Below are positions 12,791-25,017 of a stretch of DNA of 64,000 bases, one piece after another (the first letter of the stretch is position 1; each line of letters opens with the position of its first letter). Position numbers and translations under genes: made by a program. The stretch is from Eledone cirrhosa (Eukaryota), in contig OZ024749.1 in the NCBI GenBank assembly GCA_964016885.1, positions 29,264,001 to 29,328,000 on the forward strand. Reading direction: 5' to 3'. The notes beneath the pieces are model-generated. The model saw nothing but the letters and a program-made list of their open reading frames with translations. It ran no database searches and had not been told where the DNA came from.

Positions 12791-13844
12791 TAATGGTCAT
12801 GGTTATACGGAACAGGAAGGACAACCATATGAACGCGCATGCGCAGAAACGGTCACTTCACCCAAGCAATACAAAACTGCGGGCGAGAGGTGTAAGGGAG
12901 ATAACTGCGAAAGGCCGAAAGGTTCTAGTTGATAAGAAAATTAGGATGTTGTTGTTATTCAATCCGGAGCTTTGTAGTTATGTAAGAGGTGTCTCCAGAC
13001 ATGTGGACAACGTGTGAAGATTTCATATCTTGAGTTTAGGCAATCACTATTGCGTAATCTCTTTAGAATATTTATCCATTCATCAATAGATAGTCCACAA
13101 GACGGATTGCCCCTTGCGTATGGCTTGGACTTAGTGATGGCTTTCCATTGAATGCAGTTGTCTATACTTGAGTCCTTGGGGGACCATGCGTGACTCGCGA
13201 GTTTCGTGGATGAACGTCTGTCTGGGTACCTAAAGGTCGACTGATGGTTCAGAAAGCGTTCCTTAAATCAGCCCTCCGCCATGCCCACATAGGATTTGGT
13301 CGGTTGGAAGTGACCACAGCTTCATAAACTACAGCGGGTGTGTTGCATTGCTGTTGAAGGGGACAAGCTTCAGTCTTTCGGCAAGAACACTCTGGTGGGG
13401 TGTTGCTCTTAGGGCTGTTAGTGATGTGAGCCTTCATATTCTTAGCGCAGGAGTACCCTAGTTTTACTTTGTGTCTGTTAAAGATGGAGCGGTATTTGTG
13501 ACCTATGGGAAAGTGTCTATCTAAGAGGGCTAAAAATGTTTTTCCTACATTAGTTTTAACGTTGAGTGAGAAGGGAGGAGAGAACCAGATAGTTTGTCTA
13601 TTGATACGCTTTCTTTTCTTATTGCTGTTGTTGTTAGTGGGAGAGTAAGTGATAGGTTGCGAGAAGCCGCTGTTAGCTAACGCCGTGTTATAGTAGGGTG
13701 TCGCTCTGTCAAAGATAGCCTTATTAGAGGAGAGGTTAGAGATTCTAGTACTGATATTATTTACGAAGTTTCTAAAAACAGTGGGATGGTGGCATGAGTC
13801 CTTGCTTATGGAAGGGTCTGTGTTCCGTATAACCATGACCATTA

Positions 13845-13882
13845 CGAGGTGAGGATCCGCTAAGGTGAAACAATTGTTCTCG
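13845..13882 (+). ncRNA. Minimal hammerhead ribozyme in inverted PLE pseudo-LTR (core variant GUGAGGA)
   Basis: cgag-GUGAGGA-uccgcuaaggu-GAAA-caauug-UU-cucg. Confidence 0.6.
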
Positions 13883-13911
13883 GTATGGTGAACTAACTGT
13901 TGTGTTACCAC

Positions 13912-13971
<60 letters not shown>

Positions 13972-14050
13972 TATCCGGGAACTTCCAACAGTAATGGTTG
14001 CATTCTTTAAGGGTATGTCAATATTTATTTATAAAACTGCTCTATATTAT

Positions 14051-14113
14051 ATTTTATCTGATGAAAGCACACCATAATTTAACTTGGTGTCCTTGAAATA
14101 TGTATAATGAAAT
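14051..14113 (+). ncRNA. Minimal type I hammerhead ribozyme
   Basis: auuuuau-CUGAUGA-(aagcacacca...ugguguccuu stem II)-GAAA-uaugua-UA-augaaau; 7-bp stem I, overlapped by AATAAA. Confidence 0.75.
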
Positions 14114-14153
14114 AAATATGGTTATATAAATATAGTTTCCATTTGTTAATATC

Positions 14154-14190
<37 letters not shown>

Positions 14191-14373
14191 AAAGTTTTAT
14201 TTAAAATTGTTGGGTTACAACAAGTAAATATTTTATAACTGATATAAAGCACTCGACGAGTTTTTGGAGTAGATATACGATATTAACACTTCACTACCAA
14301 ACCAGCTTCCTACATAATGGTCGCTCATATTTATGGTACGTCAAAATTATTTATAAAACTGTTTATATATTGT

Positions 14374-14437
14374 ATTTTATCTGACGAAGGCATGCCATAT
14401 TTTTAATATGGTATCCCCGAAATATGTATAATGAAAT
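14374..14437 (+). ncRNA. Minimal hammerhead ribozyme, second copy of the same repeat
   Basis: auuuuau-CUGACGA-(augccauau/auaugguau stem II)-GAAA-uaugua-UA-augaaau; the first stem II pair is mismatched. Confidence 0.68.
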
Positions 14438-14478
14438 AAATATGGTTTTATAAATATAGTTTCCATTTGTTTAATATC

Positions 14479-14528
<50 letters not shown>

Positions 14529-15132
14529 TGGCTGCCAACTCGTTTTCGAGTACGGCCACTACTTTATATCCATGTAGGAGAACTCCTACCGATGCGCTGA
14601 ACGAATGTGACTTTAGTCCAGCCAGCGACTTGAAAACTCTGGTACAAACACTACACTTATGACAATTATTGACACATAATGCTGGGCCCATGGTACCATG
14701 TGACGACAAGTGCAGAGAGATATCCAGATATAAAGCAATGCCTGTACCATGAAGCTTTTATAGTGAGCAAAGGCACTGCACAAAGCCAGTCCCACTCTCT
14801 TAACCAAGATGATATTTACCAAAAAGAAGAACAAGTCATCATCATTGGATACCATCAGAGTTGCAGGTGTTATATCAGAGTTTTCCTTCTCCTAGAATTC
14901 TGCCTTGACAAAGGCTAAGGGGTCATCTCTCCTGGTGATTTTGGATGGCCATTGACTCTTAAGAGCTCCTTTTCCCTTTGACAGGTTTTGTTTTTAGTCC
15001 TGCAGGATGTCCAAAGTCACCCTCCTCACCAAGAAACCTTGGTGGGGTTGCCAGTTTAGTCGCCAACGACCCGACCATGGGACAGGTTGTACTGGGATAC
15101 ATGTTACCAGTAGCACCAAGTGGTGACCTGAC

Positions 15133-15207
<75 letters not shown>

Positions 15208-15301
15208 GGGTCGGCTGAAAAGTTTCACAGGTCCAGCGTCACTCCTTCATAGTCAGCCTATGAACTTTTCAGCCTACTCTCATATATCAATATATCTATA
15301 T

Positions 15302-15400
<99 letters not shown>

Positions 15401-15494
15401 CAACTACAATAGTGGCAGGTAACTAATTATACTTAACTCGTCCTAGGGACTGAGTGCTCTAGCCCTTGGATATTTATACGAAAGTTGTACTGCA

Positions 15495-15551
<57 letters not shown>

Positions 15552-15679
15552 AAAGTTTTATTTTAAATTGTTGGGTTACAACAAGTAAATATTTTATAAC
15601 TAATATAAAGCACTCAACAAGTTTTGGAGTAGATATACGATATTAAACAAATGGAAACTATATTTATAAAACCATATTT

Positions 15680-15743
15680 ATTTCATTATACATATTTCGG
15701 GGATACCATATTAAAAATATGGCATGCCTTCTTCAGATAAAAT
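15680..15743 (-). ncRNA. Minimal hammerhead ribozyme, inverted third copy
   Basis: Reverse complement of the 14374-14437 motif, with CUGAAGA. Confidence 0.68.
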
Positions 15744-16440
15744 ACAATATATAAACAGTTTTATAAATAATTTTGACGTACCATAAATATTGATCAACTT
15801 TTATGTAAGAAGTTGGTTTGGTAATGAGATGTTTATAAATATTTAGTGTTAAGCACAGTTAAAAAGAAAGACGGAGAAAAAGAAGAGATGTATGTAAAGA
15901 AAAACAGAGAGAAATAGAGAGAGATAGGGGAGAGAGAAATAGTGAGGAGGTGAAAAAAGAGAGGCAGCTGAGGCAACAGATGAGTATAATGAAATAAATA
16001 TGGTTTTATAAATATAGTTTCCATTTGTTTAATATCGTATATATATATATAGTTATGTATATATGTGTGTGTGCGTGTGTGTATATAGAGAGAAGAGGGG
16101 GAAAGAGAGAGATATAGATATAGAGAGATTGGGAGTCACCAGTTTAGATTAGTAAGACTGTGTTCAATTAGTACTCAATATTTGGGAAAGTAGAGTGCAT
16201 ATATATATATATATATTACAAGGTTAGTGCCAGACGGCTGAGATCACGCCGTTTCAACGTTAAAACTGCGTGAGCTCAGCCGTTGGTCACTAACCTGTTA
16301 ATATGTATGTATGTACGTATGTATGTATGCATGCATATGTATATATATGTGTGTGTGTGTGTGTGTATGAGTGTGTATGTATATATATATATGTAAATAC
16401 ACACACACACACACATTTTACTACACACACACACACACGT

Positions 16441-16557
<117 letters not shown>

Positions 16558-17148
16558 AAGGAGCTTCTACAGGACTAGTACTGTTTCATTCAGATGAAAT
16601 CTTCAATAAAATAAAAAATAAAATAAAATAAAAAATTTTACTCTGCCATGTATTGAGTACCTTACTTACTGTGGTTATCCCCGACTCAACCCGGGACCTA
16701 CGTATATATATATATAGTAAGAGGTGCACTAAGAGCCGAAGTGTATGATAAACTTATATCTATATACATACAGAGTATGTATATGCCAGAAAATACGGGT
16801 CCATATCATCCAAACTACATATATACACACATACATACATGATGGCTGCGCCCTCGTTATCGAGTATGGCCATTGCACGATATACCATTATTAATAATAA
16901 TTAATTAATTCTATCGTGCAATGCCTGTGCGTGATGATATTTTTTAAAGTGACGAAAGACTGTGCACTGAGCCAATCCCACTCTCTGAGCGACAGTAGCT
17001 ATAACCCGAAAAGAAGAAAAGATCAACATCATCGGTAACTACTGAGCCGCAGGTTTTATATCGGAGTTATCCCTCCTCCTAGAAGAATATCCTGAGAAAT
17101 ACATACATACATACATACATACATACATACATACATACATACATACAT

Positions 17149-17203
<55 letters not shown>

Positions 17204-17437
17204 AGCTTTTTACATTCATATGATTTATTGATTTATTGATTTATTTATCTGAGTGATCCGAATCTTCCAGATCGTAATTTTTCGGTCGTATGGTTGATTT
17301 TAGACATAATCTATGTGTGTTGGTATTTTAACGATAGTTATAGCTCTGATTTATCTGAATTATTGAGCCCTCTGCCACTCATATTGAATTTTGTTTATCG
17401 TGAACTCGTGCGCCGATTTTTCGATACTCGATTTTTC

Positions 17438-17502
<65 letters not shown>

Positions 17503-17549
17503 CATATACATACATACAATCTAGCTACCTTCTGCAAACAACAAACGTA

Positions 17550-18099
17550 GCTTCATACATACACACGCACACGCACACACAGATACCACGTACACACAGG
17601 TACACGCACACGCACACACAGATATACACAAGTATAGACACACACCGACACACACGCAAACATTGGACTACTGGGGAACACACACATACAGAGGCACACT
17701 CACACCCACATACCCACCCACCCCCGTACACACACACACAAACATTGGCAATACTGGAGAACACACACACCCATAAGCACACACGCAAATACACTCAAAC
17801 ACACACATACACACACACAGCGGCACAAACACGCAGATACACACGCACACACACATACACACACACACACACACACAGAGGCACAAACACGCAGATACAC
17901 ACATACACACACGGAGGCGCAAACAAGCAGATACACACACACACACACACAGGTACAAACACGCAGATACACGCACACACACAGATACACTCACACACAC
18001 GCAGATACACTCACACACACACAGAGGTACACACAGGCAGATACACTCACTCACACACACAGAGGCACAAATACGCATATACACACACGCAGACACAAG

Positions 18100-18142
<43 letters not shown>

Positions 18143-18150
18143 TGGCAGTA
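17550..18150. repeat. Degenerate (CA)n-rich microsatellite/minisatellite field
   Basis: CA-rich tandem variants; source of His/Thr and Val/Cys pseudo-ORFs. Confidence 0.9.
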
Positions 18151-18424
18151 CTGGAGAAGATCTAAGTTTAATAATTGAGAAAATGAAATAATTGTTTCTA
18201 CTTTAGGCACAAGGCCAGCAAATTACCCAGTACATTACTGGTACTTTATTTTATCGACCCCGTAAGGATGAAAGGCAAAGGTAACCCCGGTGGGATTTGA
18301 ACTCAGACCGTAAAGGGCCGTAATTCTATGCTGTAAAACAAAGCGTCCGACCCTCTACCGATTCTGCCAAATAATATCAGAGACATAGAAGATGTTATGG
18401 ATAGTTTTACTGTTGAAATATATT

Positions 18425-18572
<148 letters not shown>

Positions 18573-18937
18573 AGAACAAAAGATGGTTAAAAGAGTTCCA
18601 TGTATTTTATTATGCGCATTTCAAAAACAAACATCATCATGCAATAATATTTGTGTTTTCATCAGATAAAACAGGAAGACATGATATGAAGGTTAAAAAA
18701 CACTTGTGGATAGTGCAGATATATATATGTATTGTTATACTTGGGGAGGGTCATATTTGTGTAATATTGCCAGAATTAATAACAGAACACACTCACTGTT
18801 TGGTTGGTTTTCGCTTCTCGCTTCTGTGTCTTTTATATCGGCAATCTAACTTACTCGGTCCTCAATGTTGCCATTGACTGACCGACGGTCAAAAATAATA
18901 CAGATACAATATAGACACAAACACATATATATAGTTT

Positions 18938-18979
18938 ATCATAAATCTTTCGTTGCACATCTGCAACATCGTCAGTGGT
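18938..18979 (-). ncRNA. Minimal hammerhead ribozyme-like motif (slightly degenerate)
   Basis: acca-CUGACGA-u-guugca/gaug/ugcaac-GAAA-gauu-UA-ugau; perfect 6-bp stem II, one stem I mismatch. Confidence 0.55.
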
Positions 18980-21287
18980 GCTATCTTTTCCTCCTGTTGT
19001 ATTGTATGACTACGCCATATATATATATATAATAGAATAATCGAGTATCGGAAAATCAGCTCACGAATTAACGATAAACAAATCCGATATGAGTGGCAGA
19101 GGGCTCAATAATTTGGATAAATCAGAGCTATAACTATCGTTAAATTACCAACACATAAAGATTATGCCTAAAATCACCCGCGCAGCCGAAAAGGAACGAC
19201 CAGGAGGATTCGGGTCACTCAAATAAAATATCAATAAATCAATAATTTAAATGAATGTAAAAAACTTACCCGGACCCGCTAGAAGGGTGTTAAATCTAGC
19301 TTCTTGGGTTTCTGCAATTCCTTAATCCGTTCACTATCAGCCCACATAAAAATATATAAGACTTCTAGGGAAGGACGGGACCGGAAGAGCTTTATCAACG
19401 GGTCATGTCCGAAAATAAAGAAGTGACCTTTAGCCAGACACGCACATGGTGCCCAGCAAGGGAGATAACCTCTATATTAGCGAAAAATTTTCGGTAATGT
19501 GGAAATCATGTGGGGGTACAAAATATCACATATCGAATCAGAGTGCTCAATAGACATGTTAAAATAAACAGGAGCTATTCATCATTCAATAGAATCGACA
19601 AAAAAAATGTATATATATATATATTTAAGTATGTATACGTACATACATATATGTATACAGACGTACAGTAGTATGTATACATATATACATACATGCACGC
19701 ATATATACATGTACGTATGGATTCACCGAACATTTATTATAATGCTCGGTTTGTTTGTAAACAAACATCCCGAATTAAGCCGTACAGTGTTTAGCAACCA
19801 TCGTTGCCCTTTTGTTCAACACCGACAAAGGAACGATGTACTAGTTTCAAGCTTATTTTTTTTCCTAAGTGTTTTCGTGTGTTGTTTTTTTTTAAAAGTA
19901 ATATAACCTCTGGCATGCTAGCAATCGACTTTATTTCTGAAAACGCTCGACCACCTAATCCGTTTTCAGAAATAAAGTCGATTGAGAGCATGTTGGAGGT
20001 CAGATTAGCTGGAAACACTAAAAAAAACAAAAATTCTTAGCGAACCCCAGCGGCTGCTTTCCTATAAATTTACCCAAGATATATATAATGAAATTATTGT
20101 GTACAGTGCTCAGGTGCACTACAACTCATCAAAGGTGCATGTATAGTACATAGAATAATGTACAAATGTCAGGAAAATGAACAGTGTATGAGACATGATA
20201 TAATAACAATAACAATAATGAAATATTGTGTACAGTGCCCAGGTGCACCACAACTCATCAAAAAAGTGCATGTACAGTACATAGGGCAATGCACAAACAT
20301 CAGTAAAATGAACAGTGCACGAGTCATGATACACACGTGTGCATGTGTATGGAAGGGGTACATCAGGTAAACTAAGATACTTTGGTAAATAAAAGTGATA
20401 AACTATCTCCGACTATTAGAGGTGGTATTTATTGTTTCGTCCTCTTCTAATTCCAGTCATATCTAAATAGGAGTGGCAGAATCGGTAGAGAGTCGGACGA
20501 GACACTGCATCCTTTAAGACACTCATGCTTCCCGAAATACGCCAAAACTACACCTGATGTACCCCTTCCATACACATACACACATGTGTGTATCATGACT
20601 CGTGCACTGTTCATTTTACTGATGTTTGTGCATTGCCCTATGTACTGTACATGCACTTTTTTGATGAGTTGTGGTGCACCTGGACACTGTACACAATATT
20701 TCATTATTGTTATTGTTATTATATCATGACTCATACACTGTTCATTTTCCTGACATTTGTACATTATTCTATGTACTATACATGCACCTTTGATGAGTTG
20801 TAGTGCACCTGAGCACTGTACACAATAATTTCATTATTATTATTATTATTAAAATGCTTTGAAGTATTTGTATTTAGCTCTTTATGTTCTGAGTTCAAAC
20901 CTCACCGAGTTTAACTTTGCCTTTCATTCTTCTGGGGTAGATAAAATATATAGTACCAGTACCAGTCAAGTACTGGAGTTGATACAGTCGACTACCTGCC
21001 CTCCACAAATCACTAGTCTTGTGTTTAAGTTATAGCCCTTGTTGCCAACCTGGGGTACATTAAAAGACAGGGGTTTAAATTTTGTCTACTCGTGCGGTAA
21101 ATTAATTGATTTTAGCTTCCTACACACACACATGTGTGTACACATAGTTTAATGGATTGTAACCTTGCATTATTATTGTTTAACCAATTTCAGCACTCGA
21201 CGCATAGGTGAGTTCGTTTAAGTACAATACGTTCCTACTTATTACTATATATATATATATATTACTATATCATATATATATATATAT

Positions 21288-21357
<70 letters not shown>

Positions 21358-24166
21358 CATTACGCTCGTAAGTCCAACATACTTACTACTAGGCAAGAAC
21401 ACAACACACAACCCAATCCAAGGATCGAGCCCACGACATTATGATCGTAAGTCCAACACCCTTACCACTAGGACTTAACGATATATATTTTATATTTGTT
21501 GATCACTGTGTTGTTAATGTAATACCAATATCTATTCATCATTAGTTGTTATATATAAGTAAAATAACATTGTCCTGTAATATTATCGTTATTTAAATTT
21601 ATTCTAATATGTTTTAAAACAATATTTAAAATTTTCCTCCTTTGTCAGTTGTTTAAGATGGAATGCCGTTATAAAATCTATAGTTAAAGGGAAATAACTC
21701 AATTACTTTATAAATAAATGACAATCAGATGACTTCCATAGGACATCACGTGTCAGAGTCTTTTTTTATTTACAAATCTAAAAAGTGTTTTATCATATAT
21801 CAAATATATAAAATTACATAGAAATACTCTCGGGTCTCGAATAATCGCCTCCCCCACCCCGCTTACTAAATTTCACTATTTTATCTTTGGCGAAATGTTA
21901 TTTTAAGTCGTAGCATTCCTGCGACAATTAATTTTCCTTATACATTAAAAAACATACATGACAAAAAAAATAGGATAAAATAAATATGTAAACTAAACGA
22001 CTAATTCTGTTTGTTTGTTTTTTAAATCAATGGAGACAACCTAGAAAAATTATCGATTATCCAAGGGCTAAAATTGTAAGATCATCTGGTCTCCTCTTCC
22101 CATCAACCCAGGATAATAATCCAGCTGGCTCCAGAATTGAATTGACATTGACTCAAATTAGGACCAGCTTGATATATTATTAATACACTAAATGGCTTGT
22201 CCCACCCACCCCTTCCAGCCCCAAAACACCAGCATTCCCTATCGTAGCGTTTGAACTACAATAATGGTTTCTGAGTAAGGCACAAGGTCAACAATTTTGA
22301 GGGAGGGAAAAGTCGATTAAATGACCCCAGTGTGTTAGTGATAATTTATTTTATCGACCCCGTAAGGATAAAAGGCAAAGCTAGCCTTGGCAGGATTTGA
22401 ACACAGAATGTAAAAGGACCGTAACTATATGCTGCAAAGTATGTTGTCCGACGCTCTACCGATTACTGCTAATCCACCGCCCTTTAACAGTAATAAATAA
22501 TAGCCTAGTGTCTATTTATTTTTATAAACACAAATGGATTGAAGGATGAAAGGCAAAGTTGACTTCGGTGAAATGTTAATCCAGAACGTAAAGAGCCGAA
22601 ACAAAAGTCGCAAGAGATTTTGTCAGGCGCTCTACTGATTCTGTGAATCAAAAAATAGTGATTTCAATTATTAAACACAAGGCTAGCAATTTGGGAGAGA
22701 GGAAAGTCAATTAAATCGACCCAGTGGAGGCATATGACCTAATGGTAAGGGTGTTGGACGTACGATCATAATGTTGTGGGTTCGATTCCTTGACTAGGAT
22801 GTCCGTTGTGTTCTTAAGCAAAACACTTCATTTCACGTTGCAGTAACTGAGGGCTTAACCCAGCAATCTACTGGTGTCCTGTCTCAGGGAATGAGGGGTC
22901 ATCTAGTCACTGTCGCTTCACGCTACAGAAACTGGGGTATCACCGGCCCGATGTGCCTCCGGTCTCGAGACAGATTTTAGACTTATTTTAATATTTGACT
23001 GGTACTTTATTTTATCGACTCCGAAAGAATGAAAGATAAAGTTGACTTCGGCGGGATTTGAACTCAAAACGTAAAGAACTGGAATAAAATATTGCTATAC
23101 CTTTGTCCGATGGTTTAACGATTCTGCCAATTCACCGCATTCCTAAGGAATGACATGCCTTACTCGATTAACTCCCATTGGAACTAATTCTCGCCAGTTA
23201 CAAAACATGTCTTCGTAAATTTTGTAAGTATTTCATAACAGTTCTTTGTCTTTATGTAATTATTTAATAATTTAGAGATGTTTCGCTTTAAGTATATAAA
23301 ATACATGGGAATAAAATTAAAGGGAAAAAAAACCTAACCATTAAATCAAACTGACATACATTTGCAAATCTTATCGCAAACTCAGGCAAGATGTTTTCTT
23401 TTGTGGAATTTCTATCCAACTGCCCTACCTTGTTCTGATAATTTATTGGTGGGGGGCAATGACTACAAACAAACAGTCTGTTGTGAGGGAGCGAGTTGGT
23501 ATGGAAAACAAATTTTCCAGTTTATCGCTTAATTAAAATTTAAAAGACGAAGATTTACAACGGAAAAACAGGAACTTTTCATTCTTATTTGTTTTCAGTT
23601 CCGTTTATTTTCGTTTTCTTTTCTGTTATATACCTAAAGCGAAACATCAACAATAATATTATCTAAATTCTTATTTGATACACACAAAACAAAAAATAAA
23701 ATAAAATTCTGGTTTACACGAATCTCTCTACAAGTTTCTGTCCTGATTTGGTGTCATTGTATTATCTAACAATAATTTATATATATATAGAGAGAGAGAG
23801 AGGGGGGGGGGGGTGTTAAAATTAATTAAATATTTATACAAGTTTTTCTTTTCCTGAAGTGTATATACATCTTTTTAGTGGATTTTATATATATAGTCTT
23901 CGATACAATGAAAGACTATATATATAGTCTTGGGCCATAGAATCGAATGTGGATCTCTCTCTCCAGGTTTCTGTATCTTGACCTCTCAAACTACTGGTCA
24001 GTGGTGAATACAGTACAGTTATTTGGCCTCTCATACCACTGGCCAGTTGTACAGTGCATTATCTTGATCAATGTGATGTTAGCAATCTGTCTCAGGTCCC
24101 TCATCATGAATATATGCAGTATATCAATCTCAGTGTATCTTCCATGTATATAATAGACCTGTATAC

Positions 24167-24311
24167 CAGGGTTTCCCAGACTTTTTCAAACGTGGAACCC
24201 TTTTTGGTTCAGAAACTTTTGGGGGAACTCTAAAGTCTAATACTATTATATGGTTGTAATATAAAGATATTCCTCTACCTTTTTTCACAGAACCCACTTT
24301 GGGAACCACTT
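24167..24311. mobile_element. hAT-type MITE
   Basis: Termini CAGGGTTTCCCA...TGGGAACCACTT, flanked by an exact 8-bp duplication CTGTATAC (24159-24166, 24312-24319). Confidence 0.75.
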
Positions 24312-24581
24312 CTGTATACAATAGTCTGGATAATATTTGGTATAACTTTGGACCATAATATCTTCCATTATGCCTTTGTCACTCTCTCAATCTTCTGAAT
24401 GCCCAGCTGGTCTTTCCTCAATTAAATTCAATTTCTGCTGAGGTCAGCTTTGTCTTTTATCCTTCCTGGGTCGATAAAATAAAGTACCAGTCAAGTAGTG
24501 GGGTCGATGAAATAAAGTACTAGTCAAGTACTGGGGCAGGGGATCAATTTAATTAACCTTCCATAACCCTCTCCTTCTCAC

Positions 24582-24907
24582 ATACTCTCAGGTCTCAACC
24601 CCCACATAACTTCCACTTATTAATTTTTCAGATTTTTTCCACCCACCCCCTCCCCCAGCTTATTGAATTTTGTTAATCTATCTCTGGTAAAATTTTAAGT
24701 GGTAGCATTCCTGCAACAATTAATTTTCTTTATACATGTCAAAAAAGAGAACTTTACTAGAAATCCCGTACATTATAAAATTTATAGGATGGGTTGGGGC
24801 TCAATATGTAAACTAAACGACTAATTCTGGTTTTTAAAAAAAATGAAGGGACACAACTAGAAAGATGATCGATTCCCCCACCCCTGCTTATTTGGGACCC
24901 TCGAGTA
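24582..24907. mobile_element. TA-flanked MITE; related partial copy at about 21824-22065
   Basis: Termini TACTCTCAGGTC...GACCCTCGAGTA; internal blocks shared with 21824-22065. Confidence 0.55.
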
Positions 24908-25017
24908 CATATATTAAAAAACATTCTTTCCCTTGTGCCTAAATTAGAAAAACCTTATTATTTAGTTTCTTCTGATGAAAATTCAATAATGTTTATATTT
25001 TCCAGAGTAAAGTGTGA

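Larger units (their letters stand above)
12657..13915 (-). mobile_element. Penelope-like element (PLE), 5'-truncated, C-terminal GIY-YIG endonuclease, with an inverted pseudo-LTR copy
   Basis: Encodes IWFSPPFSLNVKTNVGKTFL...CSCRKTEACPLQQQC...VVYEA, then after a frameshift YVGMAEG*FKERF. About 95 bp at 12720-12813 is repeated inverted at 13820-13915. Confidence 0.88.

Noticed and set aside
13268-13270. In-frame TGA in the PLE endonuclease as possible selenocysteine
   Set aside because: Not at a Cys position; the copy is frameshifted and decayed; CGA-to-TGA decay is simpler; no SECIS recognised.
16560-16612. Minus-strand UUGAAGA...GAAAC-AGUACU-AG-UC hammerhead-like remnant; similar half motif at about 51740-51790
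   Set aside because: Core C is mutated or missing and stem I cannot form.
17391-18210. His/Thr- and Cys/Val-rich ORFs; likewise at 3820-4189, 8333-9073 and 51560-52057
   Set aside because: Translations of CA/TA dinucleotide repeats.
20790-20830. TTGATGA plus stem-loop in CR1 tails as a hammerhead
   Set aside because: No GAAA/UH half; it is the LINE 3' recognition stem-loop.
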